The notes: generated from the sequence alone by a model not told the origin. A DNA stretch of 60,654 nt, filler included, from Sphingomonadaceae bacterium (GCA_050261575.1; 4 parts of 4 records of this genome joined end to end with filler, not necessarily neighbours in it); one strand, 5' to 3'. Counted from the whole stretch's first letter, positions 29,792 to 40,100 are shown. Translations and numbers: made by a program.

Positions 29792-30331
29792 TCAGGGCGC
29801 AGGACTTCTCTCCGCGTCTCCGTCTCTCGGCGTCCCCTCGTCTCGCCGGGCCTTGGCCCGAAGCTCCTCGAGGATCCGATCCACCTCTTCGCGGGTCAGG
29901 TTCTCGTAGTAGTCCTCGTTCACCATCATTACCGGTGCGTTGCCGCAGGCGGCCAGGCACTCCACCGTCCTCAGGGTGAAAAGCCCGTCTGGAGTGGTCT
30001 CGTCCGGGCCTATCCCCAGCTTCTCCTGCAGGTATTCGAGCAGCCGGTCGCTTCCCCGCAGATAGCAGGACAGGTTGTTGCACACGCCGATCACGTAGCT
30101 CCCGACTGGATGGTCGTAGAACATGTCGTAGAATGTGACCAGTTGGTACAGCCCGTTGGGATCTAGCTGCAGCTCCGCCCCCACCTCGGCCACCACCTCC
30201 GGCGAGAGCCAGCCCAACTGGTTCTGCGCCACCCGCAGCGCAGCTATCGCCGCCGAGCGAACCTCCGGGTACTTCTGCGCGGCCGCCCGGATCTCTGCCT
30301 TGGTCTGTTCGGAAAGGAGCCCTGCCATCAT
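29792..30331 (-). CDS. nuoE: NADH-quinone oxidoreductase subunit E
   Basis: CNNLSC..ECLAACGNAP 2Fe-2S motif. Confidence 0.94.
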   Translation of the reverse strand: MMAGLLSEQTKAEIRAAAQKYPEVRSAAIAALRVAQNQLGWLSPEVVAEVGAELQLDPNGLYQLVTFYDMFYDHPVGSYVIGVCNNLSCYLRGSDRLLEYLQEKLGIGPDETTPDGLFTLRTVECLAACGNAPVMMVNEDYYENLTREEVDRILEELRAKARRDEGTPRDGDAERSPAP

Positions 30332-31521
30332 CTATCCACATCCCCCATGATCGGGTCGATGGCGGCGATCACGTTCACCAGGTCGGCCACGTAGCCACCT
30401 TTGGCCATGGCAGGAAGCGCCTGCAGGTTCGTGAACGAAGGGGTCCTCACGTGCACCCGGTAGGGCTTGCCGCTTCCATCGGAGACGATATAGAAGCCCA
30501 GCTCTCCCCGCGGCGACTCCGTCGCCACGTACACCTCGCCCGGCGGCACCTTGTATCCCTCGGTCGCCAGCTTGAAGTGGTGGATCAACGCCTCCATATT
30601 CTCCGAGATCAACTGCTTGGGAGGAAAGGCGAGCTTGAAGTCCTCCACCACGTAGGGCCCCTCGGGAATGCGGTTCAGCGCCTGCTGGACGATCTTCAGA
30701 CTCTCTCGCATCTCGTCCATCCGCACCAAGTAGCGCGCGTAGCAGTCACCCTCCTCCCTGGTGACGACGTCGAACTCGTAGCTCTCGTATCCGCTGTAGG
30801 GCATGTCCTTGCGCAGATCGCGAGGCACGCCCGCGCCCCTCAACACCGGGCCTGTCACTCCCAGGGCGATGCACTCCTCGGCGCTCAGCTTCCCGACCCC
30901 GATCATCCGGTCCAGCCAGATGGGGTTGCGCGTCAGCAGCCCGTGATACTCGGCCAGCCGATCGGGGAAGCTGTCTATGAACTTCTGGACCGCTTCCTCG
31001 AACCCGGGCGGTATGTCCTTGGCCAGCCCGCCGGGGCGGATGTAGCTGGTCATCATCCGCTGGCCGGAGACCATCTCGAAGATGTCCAGCAGCGTCTCCC
31101 GTTCGCGGAAGCAGTACATGATGGGGCTCGATGCGCCGAGGTCCAGGCCGTTCGAGCCCAACCCCACGAGGTGGCTCTGAATGCGGGTCAGCTCGGCCAG
31201 CAGCACCCGTATCACCTGCGCCCTGGGAGGGGCCTCGATGCCGAGCAGCCTCTCTACGGCCAGGGCGAAGGTCAGGTTGTTCCCCAGAGGGTTCAGATAG
31301 TCCATCCGGTCGGTCAGGGTGACGCACTGCTGGTACTTCTTCGTTTCGTAGGTCTTCTCGAACCCGCTGTGCAGGTATCCGATGACCGGCGTGCAGTCTC
31401 GGACCACCTCACCATCCAGGGCCAGCACCAGCCGCAGCACCCCGTGGGTGGCCGGATGCTGAGGCCCCATGTTGAGGAGCATGATATCTTCGTCGGGCAG
31501 GAACTGAGGCTCGCTCGCCAT
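30328..31521 (-). CDS. nuoD: NADH-quinone oxidoreductase subunit D
   Basis: NMGPQHPATHGVLR, GYLHSGFEK, C-terminal GDVDR. Confidence 0.96.
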   Translation of the reverse strand: MASEPQFLPDEDIMLLNMGPQHPATHGVLRLVLALDGEVVRDCTPVIGYLHSGFEKTYETKKYQQCVTLTDRMDYLNPLGNNLTFALAVERLLGIEAPPRAQVIRVLLAELTRIQSHLVGLGSNGLDLGASSPIMYCFRERETLLDIFEMVSGQRMMTSYIRPGGLAKDIPPGFEEAVQKFIDSFPDRLAEYHGLLTRNPIWLDRMIGVGKLSAEECIALGVTGPVLRGAGVPRDLRKDMPYSGYESYEFDVVTREEGDCYARYLVRMDEMRESLKIVQQALNRIPEGPYVVEDFKLAFPPKQLISENMEALIHHFKLATEGYKVPPGEVYVATESPRGELGFYIVSDGSGKPYRVHVRTPSFTNLQALPAMAKGGYVADLVNVIAAIDPIMGDVDR

Positions 31522-31522
31522 C

Positions 31523-32065
31523 CTAGTTGAGACTCGCTTTCGGAGGCTCGCCAGCTCGTTGCCGGCGGAGCCGTGCGCTGTTGTGGGTGAACTCCACCGC
31601 CTCGCCGCCGATGGGAACGTCCTTCCGCAGCGGGTGGAAATCGGCGTCATCGGGCATCAGGATCCGTGTGAGATTGGGGTGTCCGTCGAACCTGATGCCA
31701 TACATGTCGAAGGTCTCCCGCTCGTGCCAGTTGGCGCCGGGGAACAGCTCCACCACCGACGGCACGACGGCATCGGACTCCTCCACCGGCACCTTGATCG
31801 CGATCCGCTGCCGCAGCGAGGGGGAGTACAGGTAGTAGACCACGGCGAATCGGGGCTCCAGCCCCATCGCAAGATAGTCGACGCCCCAGACGCCGGAGAG
31901 GTGGACGTACTTCCAGTCGCCATCCCGCAGCAGCCGGCACACCTCTCGGATGAAGTCCCTCTCCACGATCAGGACCGGCGTGCCGGCGCGATCCTCGTCC
32001 ACGCCCAGCAAGCCGTCGCCCACCGCCTCGCGCACCGTCTGCACCAACGCCTCAGATCCTGCCAT
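31523..32065 (-). CDS. nuoC: NADH-quinone oxidoreductase subunit C
   Basis: [26 protein letters not shown]. Confidence 0.95.
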   Translation of the reverse strand: MAGSEALVQTVREAVGDGLLGVDEDRAGTPVLIVERDFIREVCRLLRDGDWKYVHLSGVWGVDYLAMGLEPRFAVVYYLYSPSLRQRIAIKVPVEESDAVVPSVVELFPGANWHERETFDMYGIRFDGHPNLTRILMPDDADFHPLRKDVPIGGEAVEFTHNSARLRRQRAGEPPKASLN

Positions 32066-32531
32066 TGATGTCCCCCTCGTTCAGGATCCGCATCTTCAGG
32101 CTCTGAAGCGCCTGCAACAGCATCTCTGGGCGTGGTGGGCAGCCGGGGATGTATATGTCCACAGGGAGAATCTTGTCGACACCCTGCACGATCGCGTAGT
32201 TGTTGAACACACCACCGCTGGATGAGCAGTCGCCCATGGCGATGACCCATTTTGGATCGGGCATCTGGTCGTACAGCCGCCGCAGCACCGGGGCCATCTT
32301 CTGTGAGACCCGGCCAGACACGATCAGCAGGTCGGCCTGCCGGGGGGTGGCCCGAAACGCCTCCGAGCCGAACCTCGCGATGTCGTATCGGCCCATGCTG
32401 GCGGCCATCATTTCGATAGCGCAGCAGGCCAGCCCGGAGGTGAGCGGGTAGATCGCGCCCTGCCGGCCCCAATTGGCCAGCTTGGTCACCACTACCTGGA
32501 GTCCGCCGGGCAGCCTCTCCTCTATTCCCAA
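32052..32531 (-). CDS. nuoB: NADH-quinone oxidoreductase subunit B
   Basis: [22 protein letters not shown]. Confidence 0.96.
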   Translation of the reverse strand: MGIEERLPGGLQVVVTKLANWGRQGAIYPLTSGLACCAIEMMAASMGRYDIARFGSEAFRATPRQADLLIVSGRVSQKMAPVLRRLYDQMPDPKWVIAMGDCSSSGGVFNNYAIVQGVDKILPVDIYIPGCPPRPEMLLQALQSLKMRILNEGDINGRI

Positions 32532-32878
32532 TCGAAGGCCCCTTTCTTCCAGACGTAGAAGTAACCCACCAACAGCACCAACACGAAGGTCAGCACCTCG
32601 ATGAGGCCGAAGAGCTCCAACTGACGCATCACCACCGCAAACGGGTAAAGAAACACGATCTCGATATCGAAGAGGATGAACAGCATCGCCACCAGGATGA
32701 AGCGAACGTGGAAGCGACGCCTCGCCGGCATGAGGGGCTGGATGCCGCTTTCGTAGGGCATGGCCTTGACGGGGTTGGGGCGGTAGGGCCCTAGCAAGCG
32801 GGTGAGGGCCAGGATGATCAGCGTGAAGAGCGCAAGAGTCCAGAAGAGAACCGCTATGGGAATGTACTGCGCGGGCAT
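32522..32878 (-). CDS. nuoA: NADH-quinone oxidoreductase subunit A
   Basis: [27 protein letters not shown]. Confidence 0.95.
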   Translation of the reverse strand: MPAQYIPIAVLFWTLALFTLIILALTRLLGPYRPNPVKAMPYESGIQPLMPARRRFHVRFILVAMLFILFDIEIVFLYPFAVVMRQLELFGLIEVLTFVLVLLVGYFYVWKKGAFDWE

Positions 32879-32955
32879 AACACCACCATCGTCAGTGATC
32901 CAAGATGACGCCCCCTTGCGCCTTTCCAGGAGCGCCCCAGGCCCAGAGCATACGG

Positions 32956-32973
32956 TCGTGAATTATATCACCA
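32956..32973. promoter_or_regulatory. Rex-like operator overlapping the extended -10 of the nuo promoter
   Basis: TCGTGAA-TTAT-ATCACCA versus Rex consensus TTGTGAA-N4-TTCACAA; minus strand reads TGATATAAT. Confidence 0.6.
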
Positions 32974-32999
32974 AGTCCGTGTGTGTGCACCCCTTCGCA

Positions 33000-33116
33000 T
33001 TGCCTCACAAATAATCTTACCCTGGGGGTGGTCGTTGCCTCACAATCCATCTTACTTTGAGAGGTTGGGGGATGGGAGTGAGGCGAGAGAGCAAGCACGA
33101 GGTGGCCGCGAGATGG
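33000..33116 (+). mobile_element. Left end of an IS (integrase-core, ISNCY/IS481-like) at the contig end
   Basis: Two TTGCCTCACAA-N3-ATCTTAC repeats (33000-33020, 33035-33055), then ATG at 33072 MGVRRESKHEVAARW. Confidence 0.6.
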
Positions 33117-33216
33117 NNNNNNNNNNNNNNNNNNNNNNNNNNNNNNNNNNNNNNNNNNNNTTAATTAATTAANNNNNNNNNNNNNNNNNNNNNNNNNNNN
33201 NNNNNNNNNNNNNNNN
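33117..33216. other. Artificial contig spacer
   Basis: N44-TTAATTAATTAA-N44. Confidence 0.99.
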
Positions 33217-33299
33217 CCCACCCCCCGGTCGTTGGCCCGCGGCCCACCCCCCCCCCACAACCTCCTGGTTCACGTAGGTCGACTATCCCTTGCTCGCGG

Positions 33300-33497
33300 C
33301 TACAAGGCCGCCTGCTTCCGAGCCAGATCCTCCTGCCCCTCGACGGGCTGGTTCCAGCCACACATCAGGCAGCTCCACCAGTAGCCTTCGCCGTAGACCA
33401 TCTCCAGGAACAGGTAGTTCTGGCATTGCGGGCAGCGCCGTCTCCTCGAAGACGGCGCCGCGCCCCTCTGCGGTCGGATCTCCTCTGCGAGCGACAC
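33300..33497 (-). CDS. Small zinc-ribbon protein (65 aa)
   Basis: CPQC...CLMCG; GAGGTGA RBS before GTG. Confidence 0.7.
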   Translation of the reverse strand: MSLAEEIRPQRGAAPSSRRRRCPQCQNYLFLEMVYGEGYWWSCLMCGWNQPVEGQEDLARKQAAL

Positions 33498-33767
33498 CTC
33501 TCACCTCACACAACCAAGGAGGCCGACCTTTCGCAGCGGGCGGCCCCCGTCGATTTCTGGCTCCTGGTCCGGGCAAGCGGAGGCGATAGGAAGCGCCGCG
33601 CCAGGCACAGACCCCCAGGCGGGAGCCATCCCAGGCGGTATCCTGTCCTCGCTACTCGCCGGCCGGTTGGAAGACTCCGTGGCGACAAAAGACCCGGGAT
33701 GCCCGATCGAGGACGAGAGGAGATCGGATCCCAGGCCCACGCAGGGTCGCCAGGCATGTAGGGACAT

Positions 33768-33796
33768 AGAATAACGCCCTCTAATCGTCAGTGCAA
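33768..33796 (-). promoter_or_regulatory. sigma70 promoter about 270 nt upstream of the Zn-ribbon gene
   Basis: TTGCAC-N17-TATTCT. Confidence 0.6.
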
Positions 33797-33872
33797 GGGC
33801 CTGATGGCACGAATCGCGGCTGCGGTTTCGGGCTCGCCGGGGGTGGCGCAGACTCGTCGAATAGGCCCCGAA

Positions 33873-33929
33873 GCGGGTACCTCTGGATGGATCGCGCGGG
33901 AAACGCGCGATCCATCCAGAGGTACCCGC
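33873..33929. repeat. 26-bp perfect inverted repeat with GGAAA loop
   Basis: GCGGGTACCTCTGGATGGATCGCGCG and its exact reverse complement. Confidence 0.9.
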
Positions 33930-34020
33930 CCGGGTCGAGGAAACCTTGGGATGCCAAGCATCTGCAGAGGCCCGGAGGAATGCGGTGGGACGGGCCTCGC
34001 GCCCGTCCCACCACGGAGTT

Positions 34021-35415
34021 CTACGGGTTCTCCGGCCCCCTGGGTGGTTGGTAGTCACCGAACCACCCGGTGTTGTTGTCCAGGGCGTTCTGGACGTACC
34101 TCCAGAACTGGCCGCCGGGATTCATCGTGGTCTCTACCGCCGCCAGGGCATCCTGCTGCCTCAGCAGCGCCTCCCGCTCGGCATCCGGCCCGGCCGTGGC
34201 CGCACCCCTCGCGTGCTGCGAGATGTGCACCGCGTTGTGGACGATCAGCCCCGCCAGCCACTCCCTCTGGTTGTCCTCGTGGCCGCTCCACTCCGAGGGG
34301 AAGGCTGTGGCCTCGTTGATCTTCAGCGTTCGGGTGGCGTAGTCGGTCGATGAGGTGCTGCTATCCGCGAACTCTATCCGGTAGACGAACTCCTTGACCA
34401 GGCTGTAGTTGTAGGGGCTCTTCTTGGACAGGGTTTCGAGGGCGTAGTTCACCTGGTTGACGAACTGGCTCCCCCCGACCACCTCGATGTTGGCGGGTGG
34501 TTGCGGCACGGGCGTGGCGGTCTGGGCGGCGGGAGTCGGCGTGGCCTCCGGTGTGGGAGCCGCCGGGGCCGGCGCTGGCACGAATACGCCGTCCCTCTCG
34601 AACGCGGCGAAGAGGTTGCTGGCCGGCAGGTCCGAGGGCCTTGCCACGCCTCCGGCGACCCCATTGTCGTACTGGCGGTACAGCTTGCTCCCCTGGGCCG
34701 CCTCCGCGAGGTCGGCCGGCAGGTTCTGGCCGGTGAGAACAGACTTCAGGTAGTCGCCCAGCAAGATCCCCTGGGTGAGGCCGCTGCTCTTGTCGAAGTG
34801 CATGATTCCCCGCTGGAAGCGGAGATAGACGAAGTTGCCGTTGTTGGGATCGTACGTGGGCTTGCTGGTGGGCAGCCCCCAGATCTCCAGGTTGATGAGG
34901 GGCATCAGAGACGGGTCCGCACCCCCGTTGGGGAACGCCTCCTCGTAGCTGACGGTGTTCACCATGGTTGAGTAGAAGTTCGTCTTCATCCCCCCCCAGC
35001 TATCGGGCGCGAAGAGCCGGGCGAAGTCCATCGCCTTAGTGGCGAAGTCGGGATCGGCCGGCGAGGGGGCGGCAGCCAGCAGGCTGGGGTCGGCCGCGGG
35101 GAAGGTCGAGCCGTTGATGCGGGTGTAGGGCAGCAGGTCGTCGCTCAGCAGGTTGATCAGGCCAACGCCGCCGTCGGGCTGAAGCTGGAGCACGGCTCGC
35201 TGGAAGAACTGCACCCGGGTCCCCATGAAGTCGAACTCTCGCGAGATGGGGTAGCCGAACACCCGCACCCCGCCTCGGTGCTCGAAGTAGTCCTGGATCT
35301 TGTCGTTGGTGATGGAGTAGCCGGTCTCAGGGAAGTATACGGCGGCAGCGGCCGGAGTGGCCGTCAGCACCAGGGACGCGACCAGTGCGACCAGAAGGAA
35401 TAGGGTTCTGCGCAA
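34021..35415 (-). CDS. Secreted FPETG-motif surface protein with Pro/Ala linker and C-terminal zincin-like domain
   Basis: Signal peptide; YFPETG..YF..RGG..FGYPIS..QFFQR motif; HNAVH. Confidence 0.8.
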   Translation of the reverse strand: MRRTLFLLVALVASLVLTATPAAAAVYFPETGYSITNDKIQDYFEHRGGVRVFGYPISREFDFMGTRVQFFQRAVLQLQPDGGVGLINLLSDDLLPYTRINGSTFPAADPSLLAAAPSPADPDFATKAMDFARLFAPDSWGGMKTNFYSTMVNTVSYEEAFPNGGADPSLMPLINLEIWGLPTSKPTYDPNNGNFVYLRFQRGIMHFDKSSGLTQGILLGDYLKSVLTGQNLPADLAEAAQGSKLYRQYDNGVAGGVARPSDLPASNLFAAFERDGVFVPAPAPAAPTPEATPTPAAQTATPVPQPPANIEVVGGSQFVNQVNYALETLSKKSPYNYSLVKEFVYRIEFADSSTSSTDYATRTLKINEATAFPSEWSGHEDNQREWLAGLIVHNAVHISQHARGAATAGPDAEREALLRQQDALAAVETTMNPGGQFWRYVQNALDNNTGWFGDYQPPRGPENP

Positions 35416-35543
35416 GGTGGAACGCTCCTTTCGTTGAACTTCGAGGCAGCAGGCGGGAGGATGCGAAGAATGGCGGGGAGGCTCCCGTCAGTCCACCTGG
35501 TGCCTCTGATGCCCGGCGCCGACACCCAGCATCTCCTTGTTAC

Positions 35544-35569
35544 AACGCGGCCAGGCAGACATCGTAACA
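35544..35569 (-). promoter_or_regulatory. Putative ECF-sigma promoter
   Basis: TGTTAC-N16-CGTT, same layout as the motif upstream of the ECF gene. Confidence 0.45.
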
Positions 35570-36079
35570 GAATCGCGCGCCCTGGCCTTCCACACAGTTG
35601 GCATGGCCGCAGGAACGGCGTGCCCGGGCAAGGCCGGATGGGCGGGGCAGAAGGCGTCCTCCGCGCACTCCAGCGCCAGTGCCGGGCCAAGTGCTGATCT
35701 CAATCCCAGACAGTTCTCGGACTAGCCGAAGTGCCGATCTAGCGCTTCCTCCGGAGAAGGCAGCGCTGGCTGAGCGCCAGCGAGCGGGCTCGTGCCTTTA
35801 GCGAGATAGTGCCGTCCCCTCACCGCCGCCCCACCCTCGCCCACAGCGTTCCGTACTGCCGGCGAGGCACCAGTCTCGGCTCTGGCCATGTAGTTTTCCT
35901 ACCCTGTCTTCCAAGAGACCCGAGACGTTGTATGCCAGCCTCACCTCGCTGTTCCCAGATGAGCCGCCGGATAGATCCTTGTCACTGTCACACCTCGATC
36001 CGCTCGGGGTCTCCTCTTTTCGCCCTGGGAGTCGCTTCGCTGCGCTCAGCACGAAAGTCGTGCCGGCGTCGCGAATGCC

Positions 36080-36153
36080 CTAAGTAGGTATCTCTAGTTC
36101 ATGTCAACTTCTCTGGCGGGAAACGTGTACTCCGCCTAAGGATACCTGCTTAG
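36080..36153. repeat. 74-bp MITE-like element, copy A
   Basis: CTAAGTAGGTATC...GATACCTGCTTAG terminal inverted repeat; aligns ungapped with 48627-48700 and 48722-48795. Confidence 0.8.
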
Positions 36154-36156
36154 CCG

Positions 36157-36453
36157 ATGCGAGAGCTTCACAAGGGGCAGCTCGATGCAGTAAGCTGTGC
36201 CGATGCTGGTGAAGTGCCATCTCCAGGAGACCATCGACTTCGCCCCCCGCTCTGCCCGGCCATGACCTGGCAGGAGATCCTGAACGCGGCCATGCACCTG
36301 GAGCCAGCCTCGATGAGGCTGTACACCGACCTTGCCAGGAGGGCGAACGACAGTGGCACCCAGAGGCTCTTCGAGAGCCTGCCCGCCGAGGAAGCGACCC
36401 ACAAGCTCTTCTTCGAGAGGGCCTGGGACGAGGAGATCACGATTGAGAACTAG
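36157..36453 (+). pseudogene. C-terminal half of a rubrerythrin/ferritin-like protein (probably truncated)
   Basis: MTWQEIL.AAM..E..S..LY.DLA...LF..L..EEATHK holds only one helix pair; it directly follows the 74-bp element. Confidence 0.6.
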
Positions 36454-36469
36454 GAGAGGAAAGGGATCA

Positions 36470-37129
36470 ATGTCGATCGAGGAAGTCATCAACGAGTTCA
36501 GGCAAGTCCCCAGCGGATTCGTGACCGACGCCATGACGCGTCTGGGCATCTCCGGCTGGTCGGAAGGAGTGGTCCCGGTGTCATCCAAGGCCCGGCGCTT
36601 CGCCGGCAGAGCCGTGACGATGAAATACGGTCCCAAACGAGGTACTCCTGCCAAGCTGCCTAACCAGTACGAGGTGATCCGGTCTGCCAATCCCGGGGAC
36701 GTCCTGGTCATCGCGGCCGAGGGCACCCCCTGCTGGCTGCTGGGTGAGAACGTCTGCCACACCGCGCTCTACCAGGGGCTGGCCGCCGTCGTGGTCGATG
36801 GCTGCATCCGCGACTTCGACGAGATCGCGGAGTTGGAGATGCCCGTCTTCGCGAGGGGCGCCGGAATCCGGCCGTTCTCGACCCATCTGGAGCTGATCGA
36901 CGTGAACGTGCCGGTGGAGTTCGCTGGCGCTCAGATCAGGCCCGGCGACATAGTCGTCGGTGACGGTGACGGCATCGTAGTGGTCCCGGCCGACCGAGCC
37001 GACGACGTGCTCTACCAGGTGAAGGACATCGCGGTGCTGGAGAAGGAGCAGGAGGAGGCCATCAAGCGGCAGGTTCCGCTCTCCGAGTTGAACCCCATCC
37101 TTGCCAGGAAGAAGATCCTCAAGAAGTAG
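36470..37129 (+). CDS. RraA family / HMG aldolase-like protein
   Basis: VTDAM, FAGRAVT, PGDVLVI, GE, DGCIRD, PGDIVVGDGDGIVVVP. Confidence 0.9.
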   Translation: MSIEEVINEFRQVPSGFVTDAMTRLGISGWSEGVVPVSSKARRFAGRAVTMKYGPKRGTPAKLPNQYEVIRSANPGDVLVIAAEGTPCWLLGENVCHTALYQGLAAVVVDGCIRDFDEIAELEMPVFARGAGIRPFSTHLELIDVNVPVEFAGAQIRPGDIVVGDGDGIVVVPADRADDVLYQVKDIAVLEKEQEEAIKRQVPLSELNPILARKKILKK

Positions 37130-37167
37130 AGAGCAGGGTCCCGTTGCGGCAGCCCGCTTCGAGCCGA

Positions 37168-37195
37168 AGAAGGGGGGGTCTCGGCCCCCCCTTCT
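37168..37195. terminator. Hairpin between convergent genes
   Basis: AGAAGGGGGGG...CCCCCCCTTCT. Confidence 0.65.
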
Positions 37196-40100
37196 CACTT
37201 GATAGTCAGCCTATCGCCCTCGCTCCGCCCCCAGACCTCTGGGAAGTACATCTCGTAGCCCCTGGCGGGCAGAGCCTGGAACTCGCCCGCGCTCGTCGCC
37301 CTGGCCAGGTAGCTGTACTCGTAGGTGCCCTTGGGGAGGTAGGTGGCGAAGAGGGCCACCCGATCGTCCCTCGGCTCGACGTGCTGGAAGTAGTCGTACT
37401 TCCACCAAGGGGGATCCTCCTTGCCCTGCCCCTTCTCGTCCACCCGGCGCCCACCCGTCTCCTCCTGGGCAACGCGGCTGGTGGTCTTCAACCGAGTATC
37501 CACAGCCTCCAGCCCGGACGGGAGCGGATCCTCCACCACGACGTAGTGGAGGTCTTGCAGCGCCACCGCAGTCAGCTTGACCTTCACCGTCTCCCCCGCT
37601 GTGACCTGGTGGACGGGGCCTGCAGCCTCGTCGCCCAACCGGTAGTACTCCCGCAGGAGGACCAGCCCCTCGGCCACGGCGGGCACCTGCTCGCCGGGCA
37701 AGAAGTAGCGTAGGTGCATCGTGTAGTACAGCTTCCCTTCACCGCTCTGGCCCGGGGAGGGTTTGGCGCGGTCCAGCTTCACCCGATTGTCCCCGCCCAG
37801 CAGATCCCTCACCGCTATCACCAGTTGTCGGGCCTCGTCCACGTTCTCCCAAGTGACCGACTCGGTCGCGAGCTCGCCGCCGTTCAGGCTCACCCTGTAG
37901 GCGAAGTCACCCTTCAACTCTCCGCTGGCCTTCAGGTACTCGGTCAGTGCAATGAGGCTTGCCGCTGTCTCCTGTGTCGTCTCCCAGTGGCCCTCCTTGC
38001 GGGCCACCATCAGCCACCGCACTGCCGAGGCGATCATGGGGTGGCCGGGATCCGTGCGCACCAGGGCATTCAGCACTATGGCGGTGCTTCGAGTGTCGGT
38101 GTTCATCGTCCGCGAATCCCGCTCGGCCTCCTCCCAGTGGGTGCCGGTAGCGCTGCTGATCGCCGAGCTAGTGAGGTCCGAGATCAGGTTCTGCACCTTG
38201 CCGTCCTGATCACCCGACTGAAGCTCCCGCAGCGCCAGCAATAGGTAGGCATTCCCGTAGTTCCCGAGGGTGGACCGGCGGTCGTACAGGGCGTTGGTCA
38301 GTCCCAGGTCTCCCTTACCCGCCAGGGCGAGGGTGTACAGCACGTAGGCCCGGGCGTTCGGGTTCTCCGGGTGCTCCGCGTCCCAAGCCCTGTCCAGGGA
38401 ACGGCGCAGGAACTGCGTGGCTCTGTCCATCACCCCCCGGTCGACGGTGTGGCCCGAACGGCTGGCCTCGGCCAGCCCATGGACGACGTAGGCGGTGATC
38501 CACTGATCGCTGCCGTCGCCCGGCCACCAGCCCCAGCCGCCATCGGGCCGCTGCGCGCTGTACAGTCGCTGCAGGCTCCGCCCGACGATCGATGGCAGGC
38601 GCGAGGAGATGCCCTCCTTGTCCGGCAGTCCGAGCTCGTCGAACGCTCGCTGCATCACCACCCTCGGAAGGAAGCGGCTCACCGTCTGCTCCGTGCACTC
38701 GTAAGGGAACTCCTCCAGATAGCGGGCCGAGTAGCGCATGCCGGCAGCCAGCGAAGGCGATGTCTCCACGGTCAACTCGCCCAGTTCCGGGTTGACCCCA
38801 TCCGGCAGTCTGACCAACTCGGTGGTGGAGTCTCGCACCTCTCCGGAGGTGGCCACCACCTCCGCCGTGGTCAGGGTATGCACCGGCAGCGTGATCTCGA
38901 CAGCATCCGACGGCACCCCCTCGGTAAGGGGCCTTGCCGCCAGGGAGAGCACGGCGGAGGCGCTGCCCCCGGCCACACTCTCCACCACTCCCGGCCACTC
39001 CACCCGCTGGAGGCCCCGGGCCGCCACCTTCAACCTCTGCGGCAGGAACTCCGTGCCCTCCGTCGGGCGCACTCCCTTGGCCGAAAGGGCGACCTCCACC
39101 TCCACCTCCCGGTCACCGTAGTTGTGCAGGAGGGCGGCCAGCCGTACGCGGTCACCCATCAGCAGGAAGCGAGGGAAGGCGGGACGCAACAGCAGGCTCT
39201 TGGTGGTCACCGTGTCCACGGTGGCGCTGCCCACCAGCGTCTCGGCGGTCACGCCTTTGGCCGTTGCCCGCCAGGTTGTCAGGTTGTCGGGTAAGGGCAG
39301 GGTGACCTTCGCCTCTCCCTTATCGTCCGTACGCAGGACGGGGTTCCAGTAGGCGGTGTCCGGGAACTGGCGACGGACCGACGGGTCCTCGCCACCACCG
39401 CCCGCCCCCTTGTTCTCCCTGGGCAGATTCTCGTTGTACCGATCGACCGATTGGGTCAAGGTCGAAGCGGTGCTGACCCCCAGATTGCGGCGCCCCCAGA
39501 AGCTGTCCATCAGCTTTGGGGAGTTGTCGTCGGCAAGCGCAAACACGGAGGCGTCCACCACCGCGAGCGACAGCTCCGCCGGTACGCCATTCCCCTTCGC
39601 GTCGGAGGTCTTCACGGTGAAGGTGGCCTCGTCCCCCGGCAGGTAGCTCGTCTTATCGGGCGTTATGTCGATCTTCAGGCTCTTGTCGGCCACTCCCACC
39701 TTCAGCTCCCCGTACCCCACCTTGAAGGCGGCTACCCCGCTCGGGCCTCCCTTGAACAGCACGGCCGAGACGTAGACGTTGGGAATGTGGGCGGCCTGGA
39801 TGGGGATCTCCAGCGTCTCGCTGTTCCCCTTCATCCGGACGAGTCGATGGCTGAGCAGCTTGCCCCGCTCGATCGTGACCAGCGCCAGCGCATCCTCCAT
39901 CGGCGCGGGGATCAGCACCCTGGCCGTATCACCCACCCCGTACTCCTTCCGATCCGGGACCAGTTCCAGCCGGTCGTTGCTCTCCATGCGCCAGCTTGCA
40001 TAGCCGCTGCCCGACACGTATACGTAGGCGGCGGAGCGCGTCCGGTTGCCCTTGGGGTCCGCCACCTCGGCCACAACCCGCACTGAACCAGGGTCCCGGG

